Source of the DNA: an uncultured Coprococcus sp.
Lineage (GTDB): Bacteria; Bacillota; Clostridia; Lachnospirales; Lachnospiraceae
NCBI GenBank assembly: GCA_900548215.1
Contig: URJI01000003.1
Coordinates: forward strand, 3,767-67,766
Direction of reading: 5' to 3'
Length of the DNA stretch: 64,000 nt
The notes under the pieces are model-generated. The model saw only the letters and a list, made by a program, of their open reading frames with translations, searched no databases and had not been told where the DNA came from. Within the stretch, counting starts at the first letter, position 1. Every line of letters begins with the position of its first letter. Below are positions 38,219 to 48,138 of the stretch, in pieces. Both the position numbers and the translations under genes were made by a program.

Positions 38219-39223
38219 CTACTCAATCTTACCAAATCCTCCGGTAAATCTGAAAACAGCCCTTCCTATTATATCCTTCTTATGTATGTTGCCGACATCA
38301 GCCACACGGCTGTCGCGGCTGTTGTTTCTATTGTCTCCAAGAACAAAATATTCATCTTCGCCAAGTGTGACTTCCTCAGAAGCAACACCACGCTTGTCCT
38401 CAGCTATAGTCTCCCTACCATATACATCACCTTGAAGTTCCTCATCATTTATATAGATAACTCCATCTTCATCTATATATACAGTCTCTCCAGGAAGTCC
38501 TATAACTCTCTTAATATAGAAAGTCTCGTCATCACCCCCATAAGGGAAAACAACAACATCAAATCTCTTAGGAGATCCAAATTCATATTCCAGCTTGTCT
38601 ATCCACAGAGTATCACCACTGTGAAGAGTGTTGCTCATGGACTCGCCACTCACCTCAGTCCTTTGTCCAACATATGTGAGAACCGCCCAGCATATACCTA
38701 TAACTATGAGTATATATACACATAAAGATACGAGATCTTTAACAATATTGATCTCCTTCTCCGCCTTAGCAGCTTTCTTCGCCTGCTTCTTCTCTTCCTT
38801 AAGCTTTTTCTTTATAGCCTTTTCATCTAATTCTTCATCCGAGGATGACTCAGCCTCTAGATGTGTATCGGGATCAACCGGCTTGATATCAGAATCTCCG
38901 GCTCCTGCCTGATCTTTCTTTTCTTTCTTAACATCTACAGCAACAGGTTTACCACCGTTTTCGGCAACAGCCCTGTCCCATGACCATGCTGTGTCAGGCT
39001 TCTTTACATCCGCACTTTCTTCTTTATCGTCAGACTCACCCGCAACATCTGAGTTCTCGGCATCTGATTCTTTCTTTTTTGCAAGCTTTTTCTGTTCTCT
39101 CTCTATCGCTTTCTGACGCTTTTTCTCATATTTTGCTATCTCTTTATCCCTTGCCTTTTTGGCAGGGTCATCATCAAATATTTCATTCAGAGCATCAGCT
39201 ACATTCTTGTTTTCTTCGCTCAT
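38219..39223 (-). CDS. lepB: Signal peptidase I with a long charged N-terminal extension
   Basis: VSGESM (catalytic Ser), YIKRVIGLPGE (catalytic Lys), GDNRNNSRDSR. Likely start MSEENK at 39223 after AAGGAG. Confidence 0.92.
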   Translation of the reverse strand: MSEENKNVADALNEIFDDDPAKKARDKEIAKYEKKRQKAIEREQKKLAKKKESDAENSDVAGESDDKEESADVKKPDTAWSWDRAVAENGGKPVAVDVKKEKKDQAGAGDSDIKPVDPDTHLEAESSSDEELDEKAIKKKLKEEKKQAKKAAKAEKEINIVKDLVSLCVYILIVIGICWAVLTYVGQRTEVSGESMSNTLHSGDTLWIDKLEYEFGSPKRFDVVVFPYGGDDETFYIKRVIGLPGETVYIDEDGVIYINDEELQGDVYGRETIAEDKRGVASEEVTLGEDEYFVLGDNRNNSRDSRVADVGNIHKKDIIGRAVFRFTGGFGKIE

Positions 39224-39233
39224 GTAATCTCCT

Positions 39234-40073
39234 TTAAGGTGTCTCCAGAGTGATCTTTCCAAGCTTGCCTGACCTGAAATCATCCAGGATCAAAGCAGCT
39301 GCCTTATCATAATCCAATTCGCCACCTTTTTTAATACACTGTCTCTTTTCTGCTATCTCAGTCAAAGCCTTGACCGGATCATCAGTACTTTCAATATTAT
39401 ACCTTTGAGCTAATGTATTACAATAGTTACAATGTAAAAATTTAATTAATTCAATTGAAATATCTGTAATATTTAATATCTCATCATTTATAGAACCGAT
39501 GAATGCAAGCCTAAGTCCAACTGCCTCATCATCGAACTTTGGCCACAGTATTCCCGGAGTATCAAGAAGCTCTATATTCTTACCAAGTCTTATCCACTGT
39601 TTTCCCTTGGTAACTCCCGGCTTATTGCCAACCTTGGTACATGCCTTTCTGGCATAGGAATTGATAAACGTTGATTTACCCACATTCGGGATACCGACTA
39701 TCATAGCTCTTATCGGCCTATTTATAATTCCCCGCTTCCTGTCTCTCTCTATCTTCTCACGGCATGCTTCCTGAACTATCTTATCTATTCCTTTCATGCC
39801 CATGCCATCCCTTGCATTTATACGCGCAACCGCAAATCCCTTTTCTTTATAGTAATCCTCCCACTTTGCCGTGACAGAATCATCTGCCAGATCAGTTTTA
39901 TTAAGCAATATCAGTCTGTATTTGTTTCTGGCAAGCTCATCAATATCAGGATTTTTGCTGCTAAATGGAATTCGTGCATCGACAAGCTCGATCACGACAT
40001 CGATCAGTTTTATATCCTCCTGCATCATACGTCTGGCCTTTGTCATATGGCCAGGATACCATTGTATATTCAT
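39234..40073 (-). CDS. ylqF: Ribosome biogenesis GTPase YlqF/RbgA
   Basis: QWYPGHM, DARIP, GIPNVGKS and DTPGILWP motifs. Confidence 0.97.
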   Translation of the reverse strand: MNIQWYPGHMTKARRMMQEDIKLIDVVIELVDARIPFSSKNPDIDELARNKYRLILLNKTDLADDSVTAKWEDYYKEKGFAVARINARDGMGMKGIDKIVQEACREKIERDRKRGIINRPIRAMIVGIPNVGKSTFINSYARKACTKVGNKPGVTKGKQWIRLGKNIELLDTPGILWPKFDDEAVGLRLAFIGSINDEILNITDISIELIKFLHCNYCNTLAQRYNIESTDDPVKALTEIAEKRQCIKKGGELDYDKAAALILDDFRSGKLGKITLETP

Positions 40074-40083
40074 AAAAGCTCCT

Positions 40084-40656
40084 TTATTTAACCTTTATTC
40101 TTCCGAGTATCTCACTCTTCTTTATGTTCCCAACACTCGGATATCTTGAATCCTGACTGTCATCCGGATTATCGCCAAGAACAAAGTACTCGTTCTCACC
40201 AAGTGTTATCCCTGATTCAGCAAGTCCAGCCGTTCTGATCTCGGACTCAACAGGACGATCAGACAAGGGATTGCCATTGATATACACTTGTCCATTCTGG
40301 ATGAGTACAGTCTCTCCCGGAAGTCCAATAACTCTTTTTATCGAATAGTATTCAGTTTGTTTATCTACAGTTCTATAAGCCACCACGTCATATCTATCCG
40401 GAGATCCAGCCAGGTAGACAACCTGATTTGCTGTGTAATCCTGTCCATCTTTTAATGTAGGATCCATGGAAGGTCCCACCATATATACTTTTTGAAATCC
40501 AAATGCAACAAAACCATATCCGAGTATGGCTGCTGTCAGAACGACTATACACCATGCAAACATGCTCTTTACTGTCTTTTTAAATGATCTCTGTTGTCTT
40601 CTCTGTCGACGACGTTCTCTTCGCATTCTGCGAATTCTGTCATATCTTTCACTCAT
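40084..40656 (-). CDS. lepB: Signal peptidase I
   Basis: GPSMDPTL, IKRVIGLPGE and GDNPDDSQDSR motifs. Confidence 0.92.
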   Translation of the reverse strand: MSERYDRIRRMRRERRRQRRQQRSFKKTVKSMFAWCIVVLTAAILGYGFVAFGFQKVYMVGPSMDPTLKDGQDYTANQVVYLAGSPDRYDVVAYRTVDKQTEYYSIKRVIGLPGETVLIQNGQVYINGNPLSDRPVESEIRTAGLAESGITLGENEYFVLGDNPDDSQDSRYPSVGNIKKSEILGRIKVK

Positions 40657-40691
40657 ATAATTTCCTCACAGGTCCAAATAAGAGATTATCT

Positions 40692-40725
40692 CAAAAATGG
40701 CTGGAGTATGAATACTCCAGCCATC
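40692..40725 (-). terminator. rplS terminator
   Basis: ATGGCTGGAGTAT / ATACTCCAGCCAT perfect stem plus T-run on the minus strand. Confidence 0.8.
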
Positions 40726-40749
40726 ATGGTTTCTACATCACAAGCTAAA

Positions 40750-41097
40750 TTATTTAACAAGCTCTTTAACCTTTGCTGCCTTACCAACTCTTGAACGTAA
40801 GTAGTAGATCTTAGCTCTTCTGACTTTACCTTTTCTTACTACTTCAATCTTCTCAACGAAAGGTGAATGAACTGGCCATGTCTTCTCAACACCGCATCCG
40901 CTAGAAATCTTTCTAACTGTGAAAGTCTCTCTGTTGCTTCCGCCCTGTCTCTTAATAACAGTACCCTCAAAGATCTGGATTCTCTCCTTGTTACCCTCTT
41001 TGATTCTGTTGTGTACCTTTACAGTGTCTCCTACGTTGAACTTATCAACGCTCTCCTTCATCTGTGAAGCTTCAAGATTCTTAATGTAATCGTTCAT
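40750..41097 (-). CDS. rplS: 50S ribosomal protein L19
   Basis: [12 protein letters not shown] and [12 protein letters not shown] motifs. Confidence 0.98.
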   Translation of the reverse strand: MNDYIKNLEASQMKESVDKFNVGDTVKVHNRIKEGNKERIQIFEGTVIKRQGGSNRETFTVRKISSGCGVEKTWPVHSPFVEKIEVVRKGKVRRAKIYYLRSRVGKAAKVKELVK

Positions 41098-41117
41098 TGT
41101 GTTCCTCCTTAATATTC

Positions 41118-41169
41118 TGATGTTCTTACTGCCATATCACATCGGATATATTGGCACAGAGGACCATCA
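41118..41169 (-). promoter_or_regulatory. L19 leader (ribosomal protein leader RNA)
   Basis: Minus strand GAUGGUCCUCUGUGCC...GGCAGUAAGAACAUC directly before the rplS RBS; resembles the Firmicute L19 leader as I recall it. Confidence 0.7.
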
Positions 41170-41439
41170 CTCTTTTCACAACTCATTTAATATAACACAA
41201 CGAAATATGTTATGCAAGTATAAAATGTGAAAAAATGCAGCAAAATCGTGTATAAAAAAGGAGTGCAGGAAAATCCTCACCCCTTTTTTATGGTGTTAAA
41301 TTGGTTTTATAAGTGGACTTTATCGAACACTTAGCTTAAATACAATCTATATACCCTGTATTTTTTTTGAACACATTTCTAAGCCAATATACAGATTAGT
41401 CTACAAATCTGTTCCGTTCTTCCTTCTTATGAAAATTAG

Positions 41440-41778
41440 TGGAGCTGGGGGGAGTCGAACCCCCGTCCAAAAGCTCATTCACTACAGTTTCTTCCATCAC
41501 AGTCAGTGTTTTAACATTCCCTCAGCCTATCGCCCACTAACATGCTATAGACCTTAGTAGCTTCATGGATTTTCTTACATCGCAAAGCTTAGATGCAAGA
41601 GTTTGCCGATGATCGACGCCATTCCTAAAGGTTCGGCGTTCCTAAAGGATGACGACTGCCCTTAGGCAGCGTATGCTAAATTATCGTTAGCGTTTATTTT
41701 TTGTCCAGCTTTTTACGTGGCTCTGGTCCACGGATGGCTTCCATAGCTTCAAAACCCCTGTCGAAACCAGTCAACCCC
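41440..41778 (-). ncRNA. ssrA: tmRNA; tag reading frame ANDNLAYAA*
   Basis: 5' GGGGTTGACTGGTTTCGAC; 3' GGGGGTTCGACTCCCCCCAGCTCCA. Acceptor stem has the G3-U pair; internal GCT AAC GAT AAT TTA GCA TAC GCT GCC TAA; close to smpB. Confidence 0.97.
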
Positions 41779-41858
41779 TGATCATATAACGATCAGCGTG
41801 TACTGATCACATCAGCCGCATACGCTATTCGTATGCACTGACATATATAGAAATAAAA

Positions 41859-42233
41859 TTATTCCTCTGAAGTCTCAGACTGTGCATCTGCCTCAGTCTC
41901 TGTCTCACTGTCAGAAGCTGTATCGGACACTTCTTCCGTATCAGTTTCTGCAGCACCATCAGAATCTGATTTCTCAGCATCTGATGCCGTCGCTGTGTAA
42001 AGTGCACCATAGTCCTTATTCCAGGTGTCATCTATGACACTGTTCAGTCCTGAGGCACTCACATATTTAGGAATTGCTTTATAAATCTTCACTCCTACTA
42101 CACTTCCAACTATAGCAGCTATGACTACGATAGTGGCTGTAATTGCTACGACCTTTTTGATCTTCTGCTTTCGCATTATCTCTTTGCGATGTTTCTTTTC
42201 ATACTTTCTCTGATCAACTTTACTCTGACTCAT
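41859..42233 (-). CDS. Small single-pass membrane protein (basic N-terminus, acidic tail), unknown function
   Basis: MSQSKVDQRKYEKKHRKE followed by a hydrophobic helix and a D/E/S/T-rich tail; GGAGAAGAAGGG upstream of ATG 42233. Confidence 0.75.
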   Translation of the reverse strand: MSQSKVDQRKYEKKHRKEIMRKQKIKKVVAITATIVVIAAIVGSVVGVKIYKAIPKYVSASGLNSVIDDTWNKDYGALYTATASDAEKSDSDGAAETDTEEVSDTASDSETETEADAQSETSEE

Positions 42234-42396
42234 AATACCCTTCTTCTCCAGACGTATTCTTTTGTGTATATCCATAACGGCCTGCTATATATATTACACA
42301 ATATATACCCGTCATTCAACACCCTGCTAGTATAACACATTGCAATAAATAATTCCAACATTTAGTTATAGTTCACAGAATTTTTGAAAACGAAGT

Positions 42397-42870
42397 CTAA
42401 AAATCCCTGCTGCGGTTCTTGAGATCTCTCTCCATCTCACGCTTCATATCTTTCTTGGCGATATCCTCACGCTTATCATAGAGCTTCTTACCTCTTGCAA
42501 GGCCTATCTCCATCTTGACAAGACCATCTCTTATATACACTTTGAGCGGCATGATCGTATATCCCTTGACCTTCTGCTGGCCTATGAGCTTGTTGATCTC
42601 ATATCTGTGCAGCAGCAGTTTTCTCGTTCTGAGCGGGTCTTTATTGAATATGTTGCCCTTTTCATATGGGTTTACATTCATTCTGTAGACAAAAACCTCA
42701 CCCTTATCAATTCCGACAAATGCTTCCTTGATACTGCAGTGTCCCTGTCTGATGGATTTTACCTCTGTACCAACCAGCTCAATGCCCGCCTCGAACTTCT
42801 CCTCGATGAAATATTCATGATACGCCTTTTTATTATTTGCGATGAGAGTGTTTCCTCTTTCCTTTGACAA
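42397..42870 (-). CDS. smpB: SsrA-binding protein
   Basis: [22 protein letters not shown] and GKKLYDKRE motifs; likely TTG start at 42870. Confidence 0.97.
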   Translation of the reverse strand: MSKERGNTLIANNKKAYHEYFIEEKFEAGIELVGTEVKSIRQGHCSIKEAFVGIDKGEVFVYRMNVNPYEKGNIFNKDPLRTRKLLLHRYEINKLIGQQKVKGYTIMPLKVYIRDGLVKMEIGLARGKKLYDKREDIAKKDMKREMERDLKNRSRDF

Positions 42871-45016
42871 ATTTATCCTCTCCTTTATACACAATGCCAA
42901 AATCAATCGATCTTGTCATCTTGTCTGTTTTCTTAACCTTTATCTGTACTGTATCACCTATGGCATAGGTTTTGCCCGTGCTCTCACCTATCATAGCATA
43001 GTCTTCCTGCGAAAAATAGTAGTAATCGTCCAACATATCCGACACATTTACAAATCCTTCTACAGTGTTTGGAAGTTCCACGAACATTCCTCTGTTCGTA
43101 ACGCCCGATATAAGGCCCTCATAGCATTCGCCCACATGTTCCGACATATACTCAACCTTCTTAAGCTTTTCCACATCTCTCTCAGCTTCCTCTGCCCGGC
43201 GCTCCTTCCGTGAATTGTCATCACATACACGGTCGAGGATCATACTGTAGTGCTCTATTCTTCCTGAATCAAGCTTTCCATGTATGTTCTCTTTTATTAT
43301 ACGATGAATCTGCAAATCAGGATATCTCCTTATAGGAGAAGTAAAATGACAATAATATTTGCAGGAAAGACCAAAATGCCCTGTGCATTCCGTGGAATAC
43401 TTTGCCTGCTTCATAGTCCGAAGTGCCATCCTGCTCACAAGATTCTCATACGGTTCTCCTTTTATCTTGTTAAGTAATTTCTGAAACTCTTTTGGATGAA
43501 TATTCTCTTTTGAAGCCTTAAAGTACATTCCAAAATTACTGATAAGAAGTGCAAGCTGCTCTACTCTGTCAGCATCCGGAGTCTCGTGAACTCTGTACTC
43601 AAATGGAATATCCTGCCAGAAATAATCCTCGGCTATAGTCTCATTTGCAGCGAGCATAAAATCTTCTATGATCTCATTGGAACGTCTTCTCTCATAAACA
43701 CCGATGGACATGACCTTGCCCTCTGAATCAATCTTTATCTTCGACTCATCAAAATCAAAATCTATTGACCCTCTCTTTTTTCTGCCTTCTCTTAGCAAAT
43801 CTGACACATGAAGCATGAGTTCAAACATTGGTACAAGTTCTTTATATTTCTCCGTCTCCTCAGGATCTCCATCTTCCAATATGGCTGACACACTTGTATA
43901 TGTCATCCTGCGGTCAACATTTATAACGGTCTCACATATCTTATGACCGGTTATCCTGCCCTTTTCATCAATGTCCATAAGGCAGCTTAGTGCAAGCCTG
44001 TCCTGTCCTTCATTCAATGAGCAGATTCCGTTTGACAGCTTATGTGGGAGCATAGGAATAACTCTGTCCACAAGGTAACAGCTCGTACCTCTGTTCAGCG
44101 CCTCTTTATCAAGTGGAGAATTCTCCTTCACATAGTGAGTTACATCGGCAATATGAACTCCAAGCTTATAGACACCATCCTTCTCGTAAAGTGTTATGGC
44201 GTCATCAAGATCCTTTGCATCCTCCCCGTCAATGGTCACGGTCTGCAGATGTCTGAGGTCCGTTCTTCCCGCCATCTCGGATGTGCTCACACTGTCCGGA
44301 ATCTGTGCGAGACTGTCCATGACCTCATCAGGGAAATCTACAGGTATATCAAGTGCTCTCACCACCGACAGCACATCAGTCTCAGGATCATTTATATGTC
44401 CAAGTATCTCTATGATCCTACCCTCAGGTGATTTTACCTTATCGCCATAACTTATGATCTCAGCCACAACCTTGTGGCCTTCCATGGCACCCATGGAGTT
44501 GCTCTTCGATATGAATATATCTCCGTCTATCTTGAGATTATCTGGCACGACAAAGCCAAAATTCTTGTTTTTCTGGTATACTCCAACAACCTTTTTGAGA
44601 CCACGTTCTAAGACACGGATGATAACAGCTTCCTGTCTAAGCCCCTTTGGTTTGTCCTCGGTACGGATGAGTACCGAATCGCCGTGAAATGCTCCATTTG
44701 TACTCTTCTCCGGTACAAAGAAATCATCCTTGATCCCTTCTACACGAACAAAACCGTAGCCACGCTGATTGCCTATGAAAGTGCCTTTGTAAACCCCGTC
44801 TCCGACTCTCTGATAACGTCCCTTTGCAGACCTCACTATCATACCTTCATCTGTGAGATCATTCAGAATATCGAGCAGTGTCTGTCTCTCATTACCCGGG
44901 ACCTGAAGGAATGTGCACATCTCTTTGAATTTCATAGCCGGATAGTCGTCATCACATATAAATTCATATACCGTCTGTTTTCTTTTGTTGTAAAGATCCA
45001 AATCTTTATTATCCAT
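42833..45016 (-). CDS. rnr: Ribonuclease R
   Basis: [25 protein letters not shown] and a C-terminal S1 domain. Confidence 0.97.
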   Translation of the reverse strand: MDNKDLDLYNKRKQTVYEFICDDDYPAMKFKEMCTFLQVPGNERQTLLDILNDLTDEGMIVRSAKGRYQRVGDGVYKGTFIGNQRGYGFVRVEGIKDDFFVPEKSTNGAFHGDSVLIRTEDKPKGLRQEAVIIRVLERGLKKVVGVYQKNKNFGFVVPDNLKIDGDIFISKSNSMGAMEGHKVVAEIISYGDKVKSPEGRIIEILGHINDPETDVLSVVRALDIPVDFPDEVMDSLAQIPDSVSTSEMAGRTDLRHLQTVTIDGEDAKDLDDAITLYEKDGVYKLGVHIADVTHYVKENSPLDKEALNRGTSCYLVDRVIPMLPHKLSNGICSLNEGQDRLALSCLMDIDEKGRITGHKICETVINVDRRMTYTSVSAILEDGDPEETEKYKELVPMFELMLHVSDLLREGRKKRGSIDFDFDESKIKIDSEGKVMSIGVYERRRSNEIIEDFMLAANETIAEDYFWQDIPFEYRVHETPDADRVEQLALLISNFGMYFKASKENIHPKEFQKLLNKIKGEPYENLVSRMALRTMKQAKYSTECTGHFGLSCKYYCHFTSPIRRYPDLQIHRIIKENIHGKLDSGRIEHYSMILDRVCDDNSRKERRAEEAERDVEKLKKVEYMSEHVGECYEGLISGVTNRGMFVELPNTVEGFVNVSDMLDDYYYFSQEDYAMIGESTGKTYAIGDTVQIKVKKTDKMTRSIDFGIVYKGEDKFVKGKRKHSHRK

Positions 45017-45033
45017 GTATATATCCTTTCATA

Positions 45034-45072
45034 TAAAAAATGCTTACATAATAATTGTTATTATGTAAGCAT
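45034..45072 (-). terminator. Perfect hairpin between secG and rnr
   Basis: ATGCTTACATAATAA / TTATTATGTAAGCAT arms plus T-run on the minus strand. Confidence 0.7.
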
Positions 45073-45084
45073 CAGAATTACTTA

Positions 45085-45336
45085 TTAGTTGAAAAGCTTT
45101 GAATCAAGCAGTAAAGCAAATACAAAGAACAGAACAGTAAGTACAGCTGTTATTCTCTTAAGCATCTCCTGCTTTGAGCTTCCCTTATTCTTGCTCCAGT
45201 AGGAATTATCAAATCCGCCGCCTGCTCCTGATATGGAACTTGTCAGGCTGGCATCCTTTCCTTCCTGTGAAAGAACTACGATCGCCAATACTATACATAT
45301 TATAACATAAACTACCATCAAAATTGTCTTAAGCAT
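45085..45336 (-). CDS. secG: Preprotein translocase subunit SecG
   Basis: Two TM helices, VLSQEGK motif, position upstream of rnr-smpB. Confidence 0.93.
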   Translation of the reverse strand: MLKTILMVVYVIICIVLAIVVLSQEGKDASLTSSISGAGGGFDNSYWSKNKGSSKQEMLKRITAVLTVLFFVFALLLDSKLFN

Positions 45337-45422
45337 ATTAACACCTCCGTTTCCGAAATTGTGTAAATGGATTTTACACCAACTTAAAATATAATAGCAT
45401 AAGAAAATAATATATTCAACAA

Positions 45423-48020
45423 CTAATTTTTATGTTTTTTCTTCTTACATGACATGATGAGCATAAAAAGACCGATGAGACTGACTGCAATTCCAAGGCC
45501 TCTGTACTTCACACGGAAAGACATACGAACGGTATTTTCTCCATCTGCCAGCCTTACTGAATAAAGGCCTCTGTCTATCAGATCTGGTGTCACTTCTTTT
45601 CCATTTACCTCTATAGTCCACTCAGCACTATATGGAATGCTTATATACAGACTTTCACCCTCATTAACATATGCCTTGAACATCGCATATCCATTCTTCA
45701 TCTGAATGCTGTCTGCAGATCTGCTTCTCAGTGTTTCTGTAACCGCTGCAAGTCTCTTGAGATCAAGTGCATAGAACTGCTCTTCGCCTTCCTTAATGTC
45801 CAGCTTGTTCTTTGTGACAACCCTGACATAACATGCAGCATCACCATCCGCTGCAGGAATGTCAAATACCGACGGAGATATCCATCTGGAGTAACCTGTA
45901 GCATACTGTTTGTTCACTTTCAACATTGCCTGAAACTCCGAATTCCATGGAATGTTGCCATAGATAGAATATTCTCCATCCGGAATGTATATCTTGTACT
46001 CTCTCTTCGCATCTGTAGTTTTAATTATTTTATACTCAAGAGGTATATATATATCCGCTTTCTCACCTAAAAGCATACTGTACAGCTTTTCCTGGTATTC
46101 AAACGGATTCAGTTCATTCCAAACTGAGTCATCTGCATAGTCAGAAACAGCAGTCTTGTAGGTCAATGCCATTGGCAGCCAGTACGGATTGTCATAGACA
46201 TTTATGCCGTTTAATGTACCTTTAATGTCATCATTTTTTACAAGTCCATTTATATCACAATTAGAAAGTACATACTTTACTCCGAGAAGTGAATCGGCCG
46301 CGAGCACGGACGTATTGACCGCACACATATTCTCATCACTCTTTCTATATCCAAGCCTATCCATAAGACTTATGGATACCGCATCCGGAGATGAAGTATA
46401 ACCAGAAAGTCCCCAGATACTGTATGCAAGCGGCTCATCATAATTTGCACGAAGTCCCCTTCCAAGAGCATTCCTTGAACAGGTCTGATTCACTCTGTAG
46501 TCGCCGCCATCATATTCGCGAAGCGATGTTGTCATCTTGTCCATAGCTCCTACATACTCTTTGAAATCAACCGCTTTATCCACATGATAACTCCGCATCT
46601 GAAGTCCTGCGCCGTATGCAGTCTGGAGCGCAACTACAAACACAAATCCCCAGGCCACAGCTTTTCTGAGCCATCTGTGCCTGCTATATGACATTCCAAA
46701 TATTCCATATATAAGCAGCGCAACAAGACACATGAACGCTATCGTCCGAAGCACCAGATATGCCGGCTGTCCTTTGAGCCAGAGATGTACCACGCCCATG
46801 GCAAATGAAAAACAAACCGCCGCTGTCACCATACGTATGGCATTCTTCTTCAGATCTTCCTTTAAGAAAAATTCCGCTGCGACAAATATTATGCACATCA
46901 CGCCCACATATGAATATCTATACCAGTATGAGCCTACCTTCTTAAACATTGAAAATGCTGTGTAAAGCGGCGTCCAGTAAAAGAACATCAACATTATAAG
47001 CAGCATAAACCCTCTGATGAGTTTTTCTTTCACGCCATACCGTCTGCCGGCAAAAAAACATATGCATCCGAGGAGTGCAAAACTTCCACAATATAATGAC
47101 ACATTGCCAAATGAGCTAGCTGAACCAAGTGCATTTGACTCTATAAACGAAAATACATTTCCCGTGAAAGACGGATCTATAAGACCGCCAAGATCAAGCT
47201 GTCCCCTCCCGCTATACCTCATGGCACCTATGGTCGGCAGGAATAAAACACCGCTTATAAACACGCCTGTACACATGCCATACACAAACCGCACAGCGTC
47301 CCAGAGCAGTTTCTTAACAGAAAAATCCACAGTATTATCTGTATAGTACAAAACAAGTTCAAATATAAACCAGAATCCCACAAACAGGCAGTTTATCCCA
47401 CCAACATACCAGTTGAACAGCACAGAAAGTCCTACAGTCACAGCCAGATATGAACATTTTTTATATCTGACAAGTCTGTAGACTCCGAGCATCATAAGTG
47501 GCAGCATATACACACCATCAAGCCACATGATATTGCTTGCCTGCGCAATTGAATATTGGCACAGCGCATAGCTGACCGAAAGGATTACGACCACAGTGTT
47601 CCTGACAATCTCATTTCTACCCGAAAGTTCAAATCTCTTATTCAGAAAATACACGCATGTCACCGCCGCACACATAAGTTTCAGCGTAACAACAACGTGG
47701 AAAAACAACATAAGTCCGGATTTCTTAAAGAATACAACAAGCAGGTTAAACGGACTTGCAAGATAATAGCTGAATATCCCTATGCACGGTCCACCCATGG
47801 TCTTGCTGAATGAATAATACACACTGTTCTTTCCTGAAAGTACATCTTTCAGATACGCAAAAAGGTCAAGATACTGATAGTCAGCATCCATGGAAGTCAG
47901 TGATTTATTACCAAATGGTACATAACCCATGACAAAGAACAGCGCCCATATAATACCGAATACACAAAACGCCGAAATGATCATTTCCCAGAACATATTT
48001 TTATTTCTATATCTGCCCAT
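45423..48020 (-). CDS. YfhO family membrane glycosyltransferase (GT-C)
   Basis: PFGNKSL..MDADYQY, YYLASPFN, WLDGVYMLPL, RYSY and SIPYSAEW motifs; many TM segments. Confidence 0.9.
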   Translation of the reverse strand: MGRYRNKNMFWEMIISAFCVFGIIWALFFVMGYVPFGNKSLTSMDADYQYLDLFAYLKDVLSGKNSVYYSFSKTMGGPCIGIFSYYLASPFNLLVVFFKKSGLMLFFHVVVTLKLMCAAVTCVYFLNKRFELSGRNEIVRNTVVVILSVSYALCQYSIAQASNIMWLDGVYMLPLMMLGVYRLVRYKKCSYLAVTVGLSVLFNWYVGGINCLFVGFWFIFELVLYYTDNTVDFSVKKLLWDAVRFVYGMCTGVFISGVLFLPTIGAMRYSGRGQLDLGGLIDPSFTGNVFSFIESNALGSASSFGNVSLYCGSFALLGCICFFAGRRYGVKEKLIRGFMLLIMLMFFYWTPLYTAFSMFKKVGSYWYRYSYVGVMCIIFVAAEFFLKEDLKKNAIRMVTAAVCFSFAMGVVHLWLKGQPAYLVLRTIAFMCLVALLIYGIFGMSYSRHRWLRKAVAWGFVFVVALQTAYGAGLQMRSYHVDKAVDFKEYVGAMDKMTTSLREYDGGDYRVNQTCSRNALGRGLRANYDEPLAYSIWGLSGYTSSPDAVSISLMDRLGYRKSDENMCAVNTSVLAADSLLGVKYVLSNCDINGLVKNDDIKGTLNGINVYDNPYWLPMALTYKTAVSDYADDSVWNELNPFEYQEKLYSMLLGEKADIYIPLEYKIIKTTDAKREYKIYIPDGEYSIYGNIPWNSEFQAMLKVNKQYATGYSRWISPSVFDIPAADGDAACYVRVVTKNKLDIKEGEEQFYALDLKRLAAVTETLRSRSADSIQMKNGYAMFKAYVNEGESLYISIPYSAEWTIEVNGKEVTPDLIDRGLYSVRLADGENTVRMSFRVKYRGLGIAVSLIGLFMLIMSCKKKKHKN

Positions 48021-48138
48021 TTTAAATTCTCCCCTTAAGGTCACATAAAAATCATAATGTTCATGTAATATACCACTTTTTCTTTGCTATATAAAGTTGT
48101 ACAAGACACAAATAATATTAATTAAGAAATCATACATT

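Noticed and set aside
41250..41440. Prophage or genomic island integrated at tmRNA
   Set aside because: No integrase and no duplicated tmRNA 3' end seen in the window.
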